From: Paraspadella gotoi
Lineage: Eukaryota; Animalia; Chaetognatha
Assembly: GCA_051294375.1 (NCBI GenBank)
Contig: CM119267.1
Span: 24,374,223 to 24,438,222 of the forward strand
Direction of reading: 5' to 3'
DNA length: 64,000 nucleotides
Below are positions 22,931 through 34,546 of the stretch, in pieces. The position numbers and the translations under genes were made by a program. The notes beneath the pieces were generated by a model. The model ran no database searches and was not told the DNA's origin. It was given only the letters and a program-made list of their open reading frames with translations. The stretch's first letter is position 1; the number at the start of each line of letters is the position of its first letter.

Positions 22931-25274
22931 TCAGATATCGAGTTCGTTCAAACCGAGAGACTTGAAGGCGAAGACGAGAAGCCGAAAGTAGGAGACGACC
23001 TGTTGACGAAAATAATAACTTATAAGCGACATAATGTCATTAAGAATAAGTATTAAGTTGATTGTTAAGTGTCATCTCATGCACCGAGTAGTTTGATAAA
23101 TAAAAACATCGATTTTTTTTTTTCTCTGGCCTTGAATAATGAACCAGCTAAATGGTTTGAATGCATGGTCTAAATAAAATTAGCACTGTTTCCCAAATCG
23201 ATGTTTTTCTTTATTAAGTATTAAGTTAAATTAATAGATGAATGGTCTCAAAAATAGTGGTGAGAAGATCCGAAAAATATATTACATATAAAATAGATAT
23301 AAACAAAACGTAAGTTGAAGAATTCATCGAGATTCGAGAATCTTTGTTTCGGAATTGGATTTTTTGGATAAGAATTTGGGTCTTTGGTTTAGGACATTCG
23401 ATTAGGTATTTTTGGTTTAATTTTAGTATCTAAAACGAGTATTGTGGTAAAGATGACCAAAACTTCAGAACCGATTATAGACTATTAAAAACTTATAATT
23501 TTGGTCTTCGAATTCCTGATTTTAAACAATTGAGATTAAGGACTGAAAATTTTTTGATTTGGCACTCGGGACTTGAGATTTTAGATTGGGGACTAAGGAT
23601 TTTGGATTTTGCATCCGGGACTTTGGACTTGGGATTTGGCAGTGGGGTCTCAGGACCTGATCGGCCGTTTTGTTGAAGAGACGCTGGAGGAAAGATTCTT
23701 CGGCGGAGTCGTGAGAGGAGAAGCGAAGGAGTAAGGACTCGTCCTCGAGGGAGAAGCCCGAGGAGGAAAGAATGGAGATGACCTGAGGAAGAAAGGGAGG
23801 AAAGGAGGAAGGAAGGGAGAGAGGGATTGAGAAGAAGGAAGGAAGGAAATTTGAAAGTAAAAGGAAGGGAGAAAGGAAGGGAAGGAAGGGATTAAAATCG
23901 TTTAGGGAAGGGAGGAGGAAGAAGCAAAGGGAGCGAAAAAGGAGAGATTAAGTAGGAAGTTACCATAAAAAAAAAAAAAATAACACAAAAGACAAAAGAG
24001 ACTTGTGTCTTTATATTAAAATATATACATTGAAGTATTAAAAACGTATTACAAACGCAAGCTTTTGCTCACCTGATCTTTGGGCAAAAATCCGCTCCTT
24101 TCGGAGTCCGCCTTTTCGAAATTTAACTTGGCATCAAAAATTTTTTCGGCCTCCATGAAAAATTTAAATTCTTCGAATGTGATCATTTGTTTTTCGTCTT
24201 TGCCGATGTGAAAAAGGATCTGTGGCGTCATCGGACGGACGATATCGTTGACGGAATAGAAGAAAAAACATATGAATTATAATTTATAACCGCTTTACTA
24301 TCCATTGTACCCTTTTTAATTATACAGTCTTTTTTATGTCTAACCTTTTGTTTTAAAAATTCATCCACGGTTCTAGATGTTCTGTTTCCTTTGCCGTTCT
24401 TGGCCATCCATTCCGGAGCTGCTGTTAGGGCTTCCGCTGGTATCATTCCTGAGAGTATGAGAATGAGAGAGAGAGAGAGAGAAAAAAAAAATTTAGCTTA
24501 TGGTGGACTAAAATCCACCAACCGTTCATCAGCGGCCATTGGTGCCGGAGGCAAGTCATTCGCCTCCCAACCCAAAGGTCCGGGGTTCTAGCCCGGTGGC
24601 CGCCTAGCAGTTAAAAGGGACGGGGCGCTTAACCCGCCTGTAACTCGGTGTTACAGCCTGATCCAAAGCTCAGGGACTGCTTATATTGAACGGTTCTGTC
24701 AATAACATATATCAATAATTACTCTCTCTTCATTGGTGAGCCCGACTTCCCAACACAACAACAACAACACTTTCAGGCGACATGCCTCAACCTGGCGATG
24801 CACTTTCCGCCCACAACACATCAGGCGACATGCCTCAACTTGGTGACGAACTTTCTACCAACAACAACAATTCACTGATGAGACGCAACAGACTTCTCCC
24901 TATGGGAGGGGGGGATGTATGGTGGACTAAAATCCACCAACCGTTCATCAGCGGCCATAGATGCCGGAGGCAAGTCATTCGCCTCCCAACCCAAAGGTCC
25001 GGGGTTCTAGCCCGGTGGCCGCCTAGCAGTTAAGAGGGACGGGGCGCTTAACCCGCCTGTAACTCGGTGTTACAGCCTGATCCTAAGCTCAGGGACTGCT
25101 TATATTGAACGGTTCTGTCAATAACATATATCAATAATTACTGTCTCTTCAAGCTCATTATTTTCGTCAGATATCGTAGATTTCTTCGTACTTCTACCTT
25201 TTTTTTGTTGATCATGTTCATTGAAATATCGACTGTAAAACTCCTCTTCGTTTTCCGGACTCGGGAAGGGCTGA
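22931..25274 (-). CDS. EF-hand module (about 4 degenerate EF-hands), probably the C-terminal part of the intermediate filament gene
   Basis: Exons 25274-25198, ~24448-24345, ~24219-24073, ~23782-23657 and ~22999-22931 give YFNEHDQQKKGMIPAEAL...IGKDEKQMITFEEFKFFM...FEKADSERSGFLPKDQVISIL...VVSYFRLL. All junctions are in phase; stop at 22931. Confidence 0.7.
24499..25151 (+). mobile_element. TRIM (terminal-repeat retrotransposon in miniature), complete
   Basis: Two 234 bp direct repeats (24499-24732, 24918-25151; about 5 mismatches) ending in CA. AGCT target-site duplication (24495-24498, 25152-25155). PBS tggtgagcccgac at 24734-24746. Polypurine tract gggaggggggga at 24904-24915. Confidence 0.88.
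24532..24604 (+). ncRNA. tRNA-like (Gly-CCC-like) unit inside the TRIM LTR; second copy at 24951-25023
   Basis: 73 nt. Perfect acceptor stem GCGGCCA/TGGCCGC, A-box-like TGGTGCCGGAGG, loop CT-CCC-AA, T arm CCGGG-GTTCTAG-CCCGG. The anticodon stem is imperfect, so probably not a functional tRNA. Confidence 0.6.
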
Positions 25275-25465
25275 CTATAAAAAATAATTAGACTTGAATA
25301 TAATTAGTTTACCATAAACAAATAATTATGTTATAAGCATCATTGAAAAAACGTATGAAAATAATAATTCTAAAATATCCCAATCATTAATAATTACTTA
25401 AAACGATTTACATTTGAATAAGAAACAATATTTGATGTACAACTAAATACAAATTAGCAATACAA

Positions 25466-28400
25466 TCAATGAAGGTCTCGCCTGATTGTCCTCAGAGTGG
25501 TGGCGGAGAAAGTGTCCATCAGGCGTCTGTAGACGACGATCTCTTCGTTAAGTCTCAGGCGGATGTCAGTCAACTCGCGGAGCTGATCGGTCAGGCTTTT
25601 CACCTGAACACATTTTTTTGTGTCTTTTTTTTTAGTTGTAGTACGAAAGCTTGTCATAAATTAAAAATACTGATTAATTACGATGGACTGATTATTTAGT
25701 TTGTTTATTTTAGCCGGAACGAAAATTAAATTTGAATTTTTTGAACGTGAGGTCACCAGATCACGCCTGATCGCACCAAACTCCGCCTGATCGCACCTGA
25801 TCGTACTTGTCCCTTTGTTCAGCCGCCAGCTCCTCTCGCGTTGCCTCGTGTTCATCTTCCTCCTTCGCCAGGAGACGCGTCAGTTCCGAAACTCTGGAGA
25901 TTATTTTTTTTTTAAATTCACGAATAAAAATAACTACTTCGCTATTTAACTTAATGTTTTGAACTTTTGATTATTATCGTACCTGCCTTTATTAAGTAGA
26001 TAGATGATATAAGATAATCTACAATCAATCGGCTATAGATACTTTAGAAACTCACTTTTCTGCGTTGATTTTGCTCTGACTTTCGATCTGCTTCACAGTT
26101 CTGTTCAACGCATCGTATTTATCGCGCCAATCCGTGACCTGATTGGTTAATAGTTATAATATAGTTTACAATCTTGTTCATAGTACATAGCCAAAGAGTG
26201 GAGCAACAAACATTTATTCGTTTGCATTTCGTTTTATGACCTAAATGTTTTCTAAATATTCATCTAATTTATTCTCACCTTCTTTTTGTTCGCTTCGATC
26301 TCTCCGGATTGATTTTTGCTCATTGAAATTAACTAGGAGAGATTAAATCAAAGGGAAGAATTGACTCCTATTACATTAAGTAACTTATCGCTTTTAATCG
26401 TAATGATTTCGTCTTACCTGTTCAAATTTCTTCTTGTACCAAGCGTCCGTGTTTTGGGATTGAGTCGCGTTCAGAATCGCTTCGTACTCGGCTCTTCAAC
26501 ATAGTTACAACTTACAAGTATTTTGTTTTGGCAACATTATGTTACGTTATAAGTTCATATTTATATTTTTATGATTTATGTTATGTTGTGTTATGTCAAA
26601 ATTATCTATTAAAATTTTTATTCTTTTTATTACAATGTAATTAATCATTAAGTCACTTATTGTTCTTTTGTTACCTAATGTCTCGAAGCGTCGAGGACAG
26701 CTCGTTTGAGAATTCCCTGGCGTATTGTTCAGATGCGACGTCGAAAGGCAACACTGAACGGCGCCACTCTTCGTGAGCCGAGGCCAAAAAGTTAAGCTCA
26801 TCTTCTTTTGACTGACAAAAGGGAATCGGCAATCGTAGGATAAGAAATAGCGCATCTCTAATTCCCCCGTAACAACGATTCTATTAGAGTGAAAAAAGAC
26901 TAAAAAAATGTGTAATGAAATTCTAACTTGCAGCTGAGACTCCAGCTCGATCCTGGCGATGGCGTCGTCGTCGCTGATTTGTCTGAAAGACAACAGCTCC
27001 GTCTTCAGTTCCAACTGTTGATGCTTCGATCGTTTCACCTCCATTTCCATACTCTCTGTCATCTGAATAGAAATCGAGTTTCGATCTGATCCTGTTCTGC
27101 GTCAAACTTGGTTTCAATTGACTTACCTTGGTGAGGTACTCGATTTGCGCCTCCCGCTCGCAGATTAGGCGTTCCATTCTCGGAATTCTCTCTTTCAAAC
27201 TCTCGTGATCCGATTTTTCAATCTCCAAAATCGATTTGGTCTCCTTCAGTTCGGCCTCCGTCCGCTCGAGCTGATCGTCAATCCATCAAAGGGACGATAT
27301 TAACGTCAATAATTATTACATCAACAAAATTATTTAATAAATACTATTATGCATTACCCGTCCGATCGCCGACTCTTTCGCCACCCGCTCATCTTCCGCC
27401 TTTTGCCTCAGTCTTTTAATCTCCTCGTCGTAAGTGGATTTCAACGCTTCCCTTATCTCTCCCAGTTTCGCCTCCACAGAAGCCAACTCTTCCTTCAAGC
27501 GCTCGTTTTCCGTTTTGTAGGCCTCCGTGCGTCCGATGTACTCGGCGAGACTGAGAGTGAGATCAAATTGGAAAGTTTAAAACGAAAGCTAATTCATTTT
27601 GACAGACTTTTTTTTTATTTGTTTTTTTTTCCTACTTTTCGGGGGGATGGAGGTTTGATAGTTAAATTTTGAATTTTGAAACAATTACTAATTTAACTAT
27701 TGCAGTGAAGTAATATCACTATTCATTTCATCAGCATTTAAATTGCTATGGGCTTACGCTTCATCTTCGAACCCTAAAGTCCCCCGATTCTAGCCCTGGA
27801 CGGAAACGTCTATGCAAAAGAGTAACGGGCCAGCGATAAGTCCTGTAGCAAACCTACCGCCAATTTCGAAATTCCGGAAAGCATACTGGGCACACTAAGT
27901 GTGAACTGTGGAGACTATCCACATCAACAGAGGGGCATGGCGACCCGATCTCCTCTTGCTTGATCACTTTATCGTGATAATTAATAAAAAATCAAGCCCC
28001 TCTTCAAGTCAGTTAGTTATTTGTTTTTACTCACATTTTGTTGATTTCCACTATTTCCGCTTTCTCCCTCTGGCGCTGAAGGATAATCTCGTTCGGCGAG
28101 ACCGGAAGCTCGTTGATCTTAGACGGTGTCCCTCCGCCGGTTATCGGCGCCCAGGTGCATCGGCGCCGTTTCTCTGAGATCGGGATGAGGGTTCTTCTGA
28201 TTATCTTTATACTGGCAAGTTCTTTTTCACGCAATAGTTCTAACTTGTCATGTATTGAGTTCTATATTAATACGGTACGACCTTGGACAAACTCAGTTCA
28301 TTTATAATATTTCGGAAAAGGTATCTTGTGAAAAAATATCCACAATTACGATGTGAAATCTCAAATCCCCTTCACACTAACTTTTTACTTTAATGAAATT

Positions 28401-28743
28401 GTGCAGCCAATTACCCAATAAGAAAATTATCCATTTATTTAATAATTAAACTGCCTTGGACTTGACTTTTCATTTTTTTCAATATTTCTTTTTAATATAT
28501 CATTTGTTTAATTTCACCATCATCCAAACCTTTTCATCCCCTTCTTCTATTCTCCATCTTTCTTTCTTTTTTCTTCCTCTCTTAAGACGCAACTCACCCT
28601 TAGTCACCTCCCACGTTCGCTTGGCCTTCGTCACCGTCGTCGTATTCGTGCTGATTACTGTACGAGCGTTACATATAAATATCATTATTCAAATATTTAA
28701 ATACAGTAAATAAAAGAAATCATTTTAACTCACCGAGCGCCAT
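25466..28743 (-). CDS. Cytoplasmic intermediate filament protein, long (lamin/protostome-type) coil 1b
   Basis: Coil 1a REKAEIVEINKILAEYIGRTEAYKTENERL. Coil 1b is 42 residues longer than in vimentin between YDEE and SFRQ. Also ARIELESQLQSKEDELNFL, ELSSTLRDIRAEYEAI and rod end LNEEIVVYRRLMD. The 5' exon structure is less certain. Confidence 0.88.
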
Positions 28744-29331
28744 GAGGACCTCGAATTTGACAATTTGAGCCGAGAAGTAAATATTTTAAAGATGTAGAAA
28801 AATTGAAACTTCGAACGGAAGAGAGAAAGAAAACGTTGGCGTCGACCGGGAAACCTTTTTAATCCGTAATCGGACTGTGTGAACTTGCGGCGTAACTTTT
28901 TGTGACTCCTAATAAATGAAGGAAAAGTTAAAGTTGGGCTGACGTCGACGGAGAATCCCGAAGGACCATGGGCTGCGCGTTTTTTTTTTTTTTTTTATGT
29001 CTACCATCTCTGATAACATCCTCAGCGACATTTTCAAGACAAATTCAATTTGTATCCAAACTGGCCTTTTTATTTTTCGTTGAAAAAAAAATATACGATC
29101 AAAGTAATCCCTACTGTTTCTAGAAGTTGGCGTCGGGGCCGAGAATCGAACTGGAGTCGATTCAGTTTCCTTTCACGAATTAATCCTTAATTGACCGCGA
29201 CCCTAGTTAACGGGAGGCCCCTCAGGGGAGAGCCGTGAGTCGTCTCGATCGTGCTGGGATCGAAAGAGCCCAGGGATCGGTGGAGCATAGGGAGGTCTTT
29301 TTTCCGACTATAAGTCGATCAGTAAAACATA

Positions 29332-32288
29332 TCACGGTTCCTTTTTACATCGATTTAATCGGCATGGAGTGCAACAAGAATGAGATGTCCGGGATACGTT
29401 TCCGGACCTTTGGGCTACACAAAAAAAGGGTAATCAAATTTTTCCTAATGACAGTTTTTTTATAAATTAATATTAAAATTAGCTATATAAAATCAATAAA
29501 GTAGAATAAATAAAATTAAAAAATGGTTTAAATTTTTTAAAAAATGAAAATATCATGCATCATCCATAATCTATGAACAATTTTCTTTCGTTTGAGTCCA
29601 TAACCATTATTCTATCTTTAATAGTTTAATTGTAATTAATTTCTTTATTAAAATATTATTTTATATTTTTTTTTTTTCAAAAAATTTAAATTAAAAAAAA
29701 TTATAATCATGCCAAATGATTGAAGAAAAATTTATATTATAAGGGACTTACCTACCTAATATAGGCCTTCAAATACATATATAGTAAGTTTATTATGATG
29801 ATGTTTTGACATAGAAAATAAATAATTTATAAATTAAATATATGAAAAAAATTTAACTTTGATTTTTTTTTAGCATAATAAGCATAATTATTAATTAATT
29901 GTTCATGATGCTTTTAATAGCTACTGGTCAGTTGTATCATTCTCAATTATAATAATTTATATAACTTCTTTTATTTTTAATAATACTGACTGCTATATTT
30001 ACTTACTTTTGACAAAATCAAAAAATTACTGATATTAAAAATTATGTATGAACAGACAAAAACTTTTTTTAAAATCACATGCTATTTAATTGTTTGAACT
30101 GATATAATATTATCCTTGACAAAATTCAAAAAGTTTTAAACAATCCAACTAGACATTTTTAAGGTTGTCAAATGTATAAATAATTGATATTCGGACTGCT
30201 TTGTAGGTTTTAACTTAATTCAGTAGCCTCTTTTAATATGACAGAAAAGCAGTATATTTAACAGTTTTTTTATTTGGAGTGGGCATCAAAGTTCTAATAC
30301 ATATTAACATCAGTATATTTGTTAAGTATAGTAGATTCCTCTATAGATTTTTAATTTTTGAAAACATTTTACTTTTTTTCCATATTTTTTTGACACGCAA
30401 AACGTTTCTTTGATTACGCTAAGAGAATGTAAAAAATTAAAAATAAATAGTACCAATAGTTAGAGTTATGTCTAGAATAGATGAAAAAAAAACCTTGTTT
30501 AAAAATTTGATTGGGAAGTGGGGTAAATAAGGCTTACCAACGGTATCCTCCATGCTGTTCATTCTCTCAATTAATTTTTTAATTTAATACATTTGAAAGG
30601 GAAAAAAAGAAAATTCAGAATGCAGGTGGCATAAAGGGTAGAGAAAATCTGTACATAGTGGCATGATAATAATGACATTTTATGTCTTGCGTAATGGGGG
30701 CAGTAAAGAAACCTTAAAAAATGCAATCATTAAGTCAGTCAATGAACCCTTTTTGCGAATTTTTTTTTTAATTAAAATGGATGATAAATAATAGAAGTAA
30801 ATTTCCTTTATAAAGGTTGTTATATTTAAAAGAAAATTAGCAATACAATTCAACACAATGATGTCTTGCTTTGTCAAATATGTCAGCAGTTAAGTAATTT
30901 TTTAAAATTTTATTACGATAAACAAGCAGTATATCAAGCTTTGCTTTGCAGTTGAAGATAATGAAAAATGATTATTTTTTTTCACAGACAAGAAGGTAGA
31001 CGTCCAGACTGTTTATATCAAGCTGAAAAAATTTTATTATTTATCATTTTTCATATTTAAAAAAATATTTTATCAAGCTACTACAAATTTTTTTGTTTTT
31101 TATTTTAACTAAAAAATACAAGCAAATTTATAAAGTAGAGAAAATTTAATGATAATTAAAATGTAATTCAGACTTTCCTCTTTCAATGTACAAAAGAAAA
31201 ACAAAAATTTTCATATGCCTTCATTGAAATTTGTAATGCAAAAAACTGTTATACTTTTAACTCGTATTTAAATAAAAACTGTTGTAAAGATTTATGGATA
31301 AAATTTAACAAAACTGTTCTAGAAATGTGTCCCATGATTAGGGCTTTAATTTGATACCACACCCACCTTGTTCCTCTTTTTTTTCAAAAGATATTCAAGA
31401 AATAACTTTTTTTTTACTTTTTTGCATCTTGCAGTTTTTTTTAAACAACCTAACTTTTGGCCTTAAAAATGTCTAGTTGGGATTGTTTAAAACTTTTTAA
31501 ATTTTGTCCAAGGATAATATAATATCACTCCACAAAATTAAATAGCATCTGATTTAAAAAAAAGTTTTCGTCTGTTTCATACATAATTTTTAATATCAGT
31601 AATTTTTGGATTTTGTCAAAAGTAAGTAAATATAGCAGTCAGTATTACTAAAAATAAAAAAGTTATCAAATTATTATAATTGAAAAGGATACAACTGACC
31701 AGTAGCTATTAAAAGCATCATGAACAAATAATTAAAAATTATGTTTATTATGCTAAAAAAAATTCAAAGTTATAAATTTTTTCATATATTTATTATTTAA
31801 ATTATTTATTTTCTATATCAAAACATAATCATAATAAACTTACTATATATGTATTTGAAAGCCTATATTAGGTAGGTAAGTCCATTATAATATAAAATTT
31901 TTCTTCAATCATTTGGCATAGTTATAATTTTTTTAATTTAAATTATCTGAAAAAAGTTAAAATATATTTTAATAAAGAAAAATTAATTACAAATAAACTA
32001 TTAAAGATAGAATAATGGTTATGGACTCAAACGAAAGAAAATTGTTCATAGATTATGGATGATGCATGATATTTTCATTTTTAAAAATATTTAAACCATT
32101 TTTTAATTTTTTTTATTCTACTTTATTGATTTTATATAGCTAATTTTAATATTAATTATAAAAAAACTGTCATTAGGAAAAATTTGATTACCCTTTTTTT
32201 GTGTAGCCCAAAGGTCCGGAAACATATCCCGGGACATCTCATTCTGTGCACTCCATGCCGATTAAATCGATGTAAAAAGGAACCGTGA
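29332..32288. mobile_element. Non-autonomous foldback DNA transposon, ~830 bp terminal inverted repeats, TA-flanked
   Basis: 29332-~30163 is the reverse complement of ~31461-32288 (tcacggttcctttttacatcgatttaatcggcatggagtgca... / ...ggaaccgtga). TA on both sides. AT-rich 1.3 kb spacer with no credible ORF. Confidence 0.85.
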
Positions 32289-32649
32289 TATACTTAGATT
32301 TTCTTAGATTTAGCAAAACTGGAAAAACTCAAAATTCAATTTTAAAAGAAATGATGATGAGGCCGATTACTAAAAGCTTAGTCACATGACAGCTTTTATC
32401 ACTGCCGAAGATTAAAATCAGTATCGTAACGATTATCGATATTGACGCATGGTTTTGGTTCCCAATTCTATCCCGCGGGCAAACAAGATAAAATGGAGCT
32501 GTGGCGGTATATTCACACCGCCTCACGTCCACCATCGTTCAGCCAAATCCATTGGCTCAGAGGGGGAACACACCATCCCAGGCGTAGTGTTCCATGCACT
32601 GTCCTAATGACTTCCCTCTGCGTTAGCAAAGCGAGACCATCCTAGGGTA

Positions 32650-32915
32650 ACCGCGCCAGTGACTGGAGGCGTCACTGAGGGTCGGAAGCCCCTAAAGCCA
32701 AAAGTCAGATGCCCCATCCCAATGGGCATCGCAGGCAACCCGGCTGAACCCATTATTGAACCCATTATTGAACACGCAATCTTCTCAGGGTATGCTACGA
32801 CAAACGCCTATGACCTGCCAACTTTGGGTATGATACGACAAACGCCTATGCCCCTGGGGTACGCGACGACAAACGCTTACTCCCCACAACTTGCGCTCTC
32901 TCTCCCACCATGGTA
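32650..32915 (+). mobile_element. Partial SINE-family body with short internal duplications
   Basis: gccagtgactggaggcgtcactgagggtc matches the SINE body at 20808-21030. Triplicated gggta.g..acgacaaacgc.ta. Confidence 0.4.
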
Positions 32916-34326
32916 ACAGTCTTGTCAGACGGTATTTCCAAGGTTTATACTGCTGAGCCTCGGGTAGAACAGTCAAATGTCTAGCTAAAACGTCAAATCT
33001 TTGACGTAAATGTCCATGGGCGTTTAACAATTGCAAAACTAATTCGAAATCAAAGTTGATAATTTTTTAATTGTTAAAAAATCAAGCGTCAATTTACAAA
33101 CTGTAAGTAATAAAAGCGATCAATACTGAACAGATAAAGATTTAATTTAAATATCTCAAAATGGGCATTTTCCCTAAATAATAACATCGAATTACAACTT
33201 TTTCTCCATAATTAAAAAAGGTAGTTTGAAAGAGGGAGGGAGAGATGAATCCAGGAACGGCAAACTAATCGGTAATCCCAACAATCAATGATTGTCTCAT
33301 TTTAATTTCAACTCGTTAATATTGGTAATTAGTAACGTTATTCCTCAAATTCGTTAATACTGTGCCACTCCAGCAATCACAATTTGTCATGGAAATAAAA
33401 ACGAAAAAACAAAACTATTCTAGCGAAAATCGAAACGGCCTCGCGCGTTCTGTCAAGCAACTGAGTAACTTTCTCTGCCAGCTTCTTCAAGAAACTCGGT
33501 TTTGACGGGAACAAACTGCACAAACTGAGTAATGAGCCAGGTACTGATTTATAAATGCGAAGAATTAAATCATCGTCATCATATTCGAACCCATAAAAGA
33601 AAAAAAATTTTTGTTTCACAGACATAAAAAAAGAAAAGAGCAAAAAAGTGGCAAGCCCGCGGTGTGAACAAATATAAAATTACTATTAAAATAACGTAAA
33701 AAAAAACGACGATAACAAACAACGGTCAAAGGAGTTAAATTAAAACAACTAATCTAACGATATTTTTAGTTTACTACAGCTAAAAAAAGTTTCATCAAAA
33801 CAGAAGAAAATAAATCATCTCTAGATAAATCGGAAGCTATCACTAAATAAAAAAATACTAAATAAATCTTTGGCGTTGAAATCATTCATTAAAAAAGATG
33901 GCAAGAACGAAGGAATGCTGAAACCGAGACGCGCGACAAGACAAAACCAAAAATCACTATTAACTGAAATTAAAAAACTATAACTTGCTTAAAAAGAAAA
34001 TTAAAAAAATTGAAAACCTAAGCGAACTCGAGCGAATTTTTTTCATTTTGTCTCTTGAGCCGCTAGTAGAATCGGTTTGGGTTTATAAACAAGATTATAA
34101 TTTTTTTTTATAAAAATCGGCAACAAAAATCGTTAATACTAATCAGAGATAACAAAAAAATAAATCACTCGGAAATCAACAATCTTTGGTATTCTAAAAT
34201 TTTGTTTCCCCAAAACAAAAGAACTAAATAGAAGAAAGAGTAAAACTTTAGGCATTAGTCTTCGCAAGAGACGCACCCGACGCTAAAGGCGAAATCACGA
34301 AGCGGATGACCGCGATGCCAAAGACG

Positions 34327-34490
34327 TTACGTCTCGTCCTCGTTGAGTATAACAAATCCACCTCCGCCGTCTTTAACGGAAGATCCTTCTACGCCGCCCA
34401 TGTGCAGCACCTTGCCGCCTCCACCGCTGCCGCCCTCTTCAACATGGGATCCGACGGCACCTGTAAACGAAGTGGTTTTGATTAAGAATT

Positions 34491-34546
<56 letters not shown>

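Noticed and set aside
33377-33643. 88 aa minus-strand ORF
   Set aside because: No recognisable domain or convincing splice context; probably 3' UTR or intergenic sequence.
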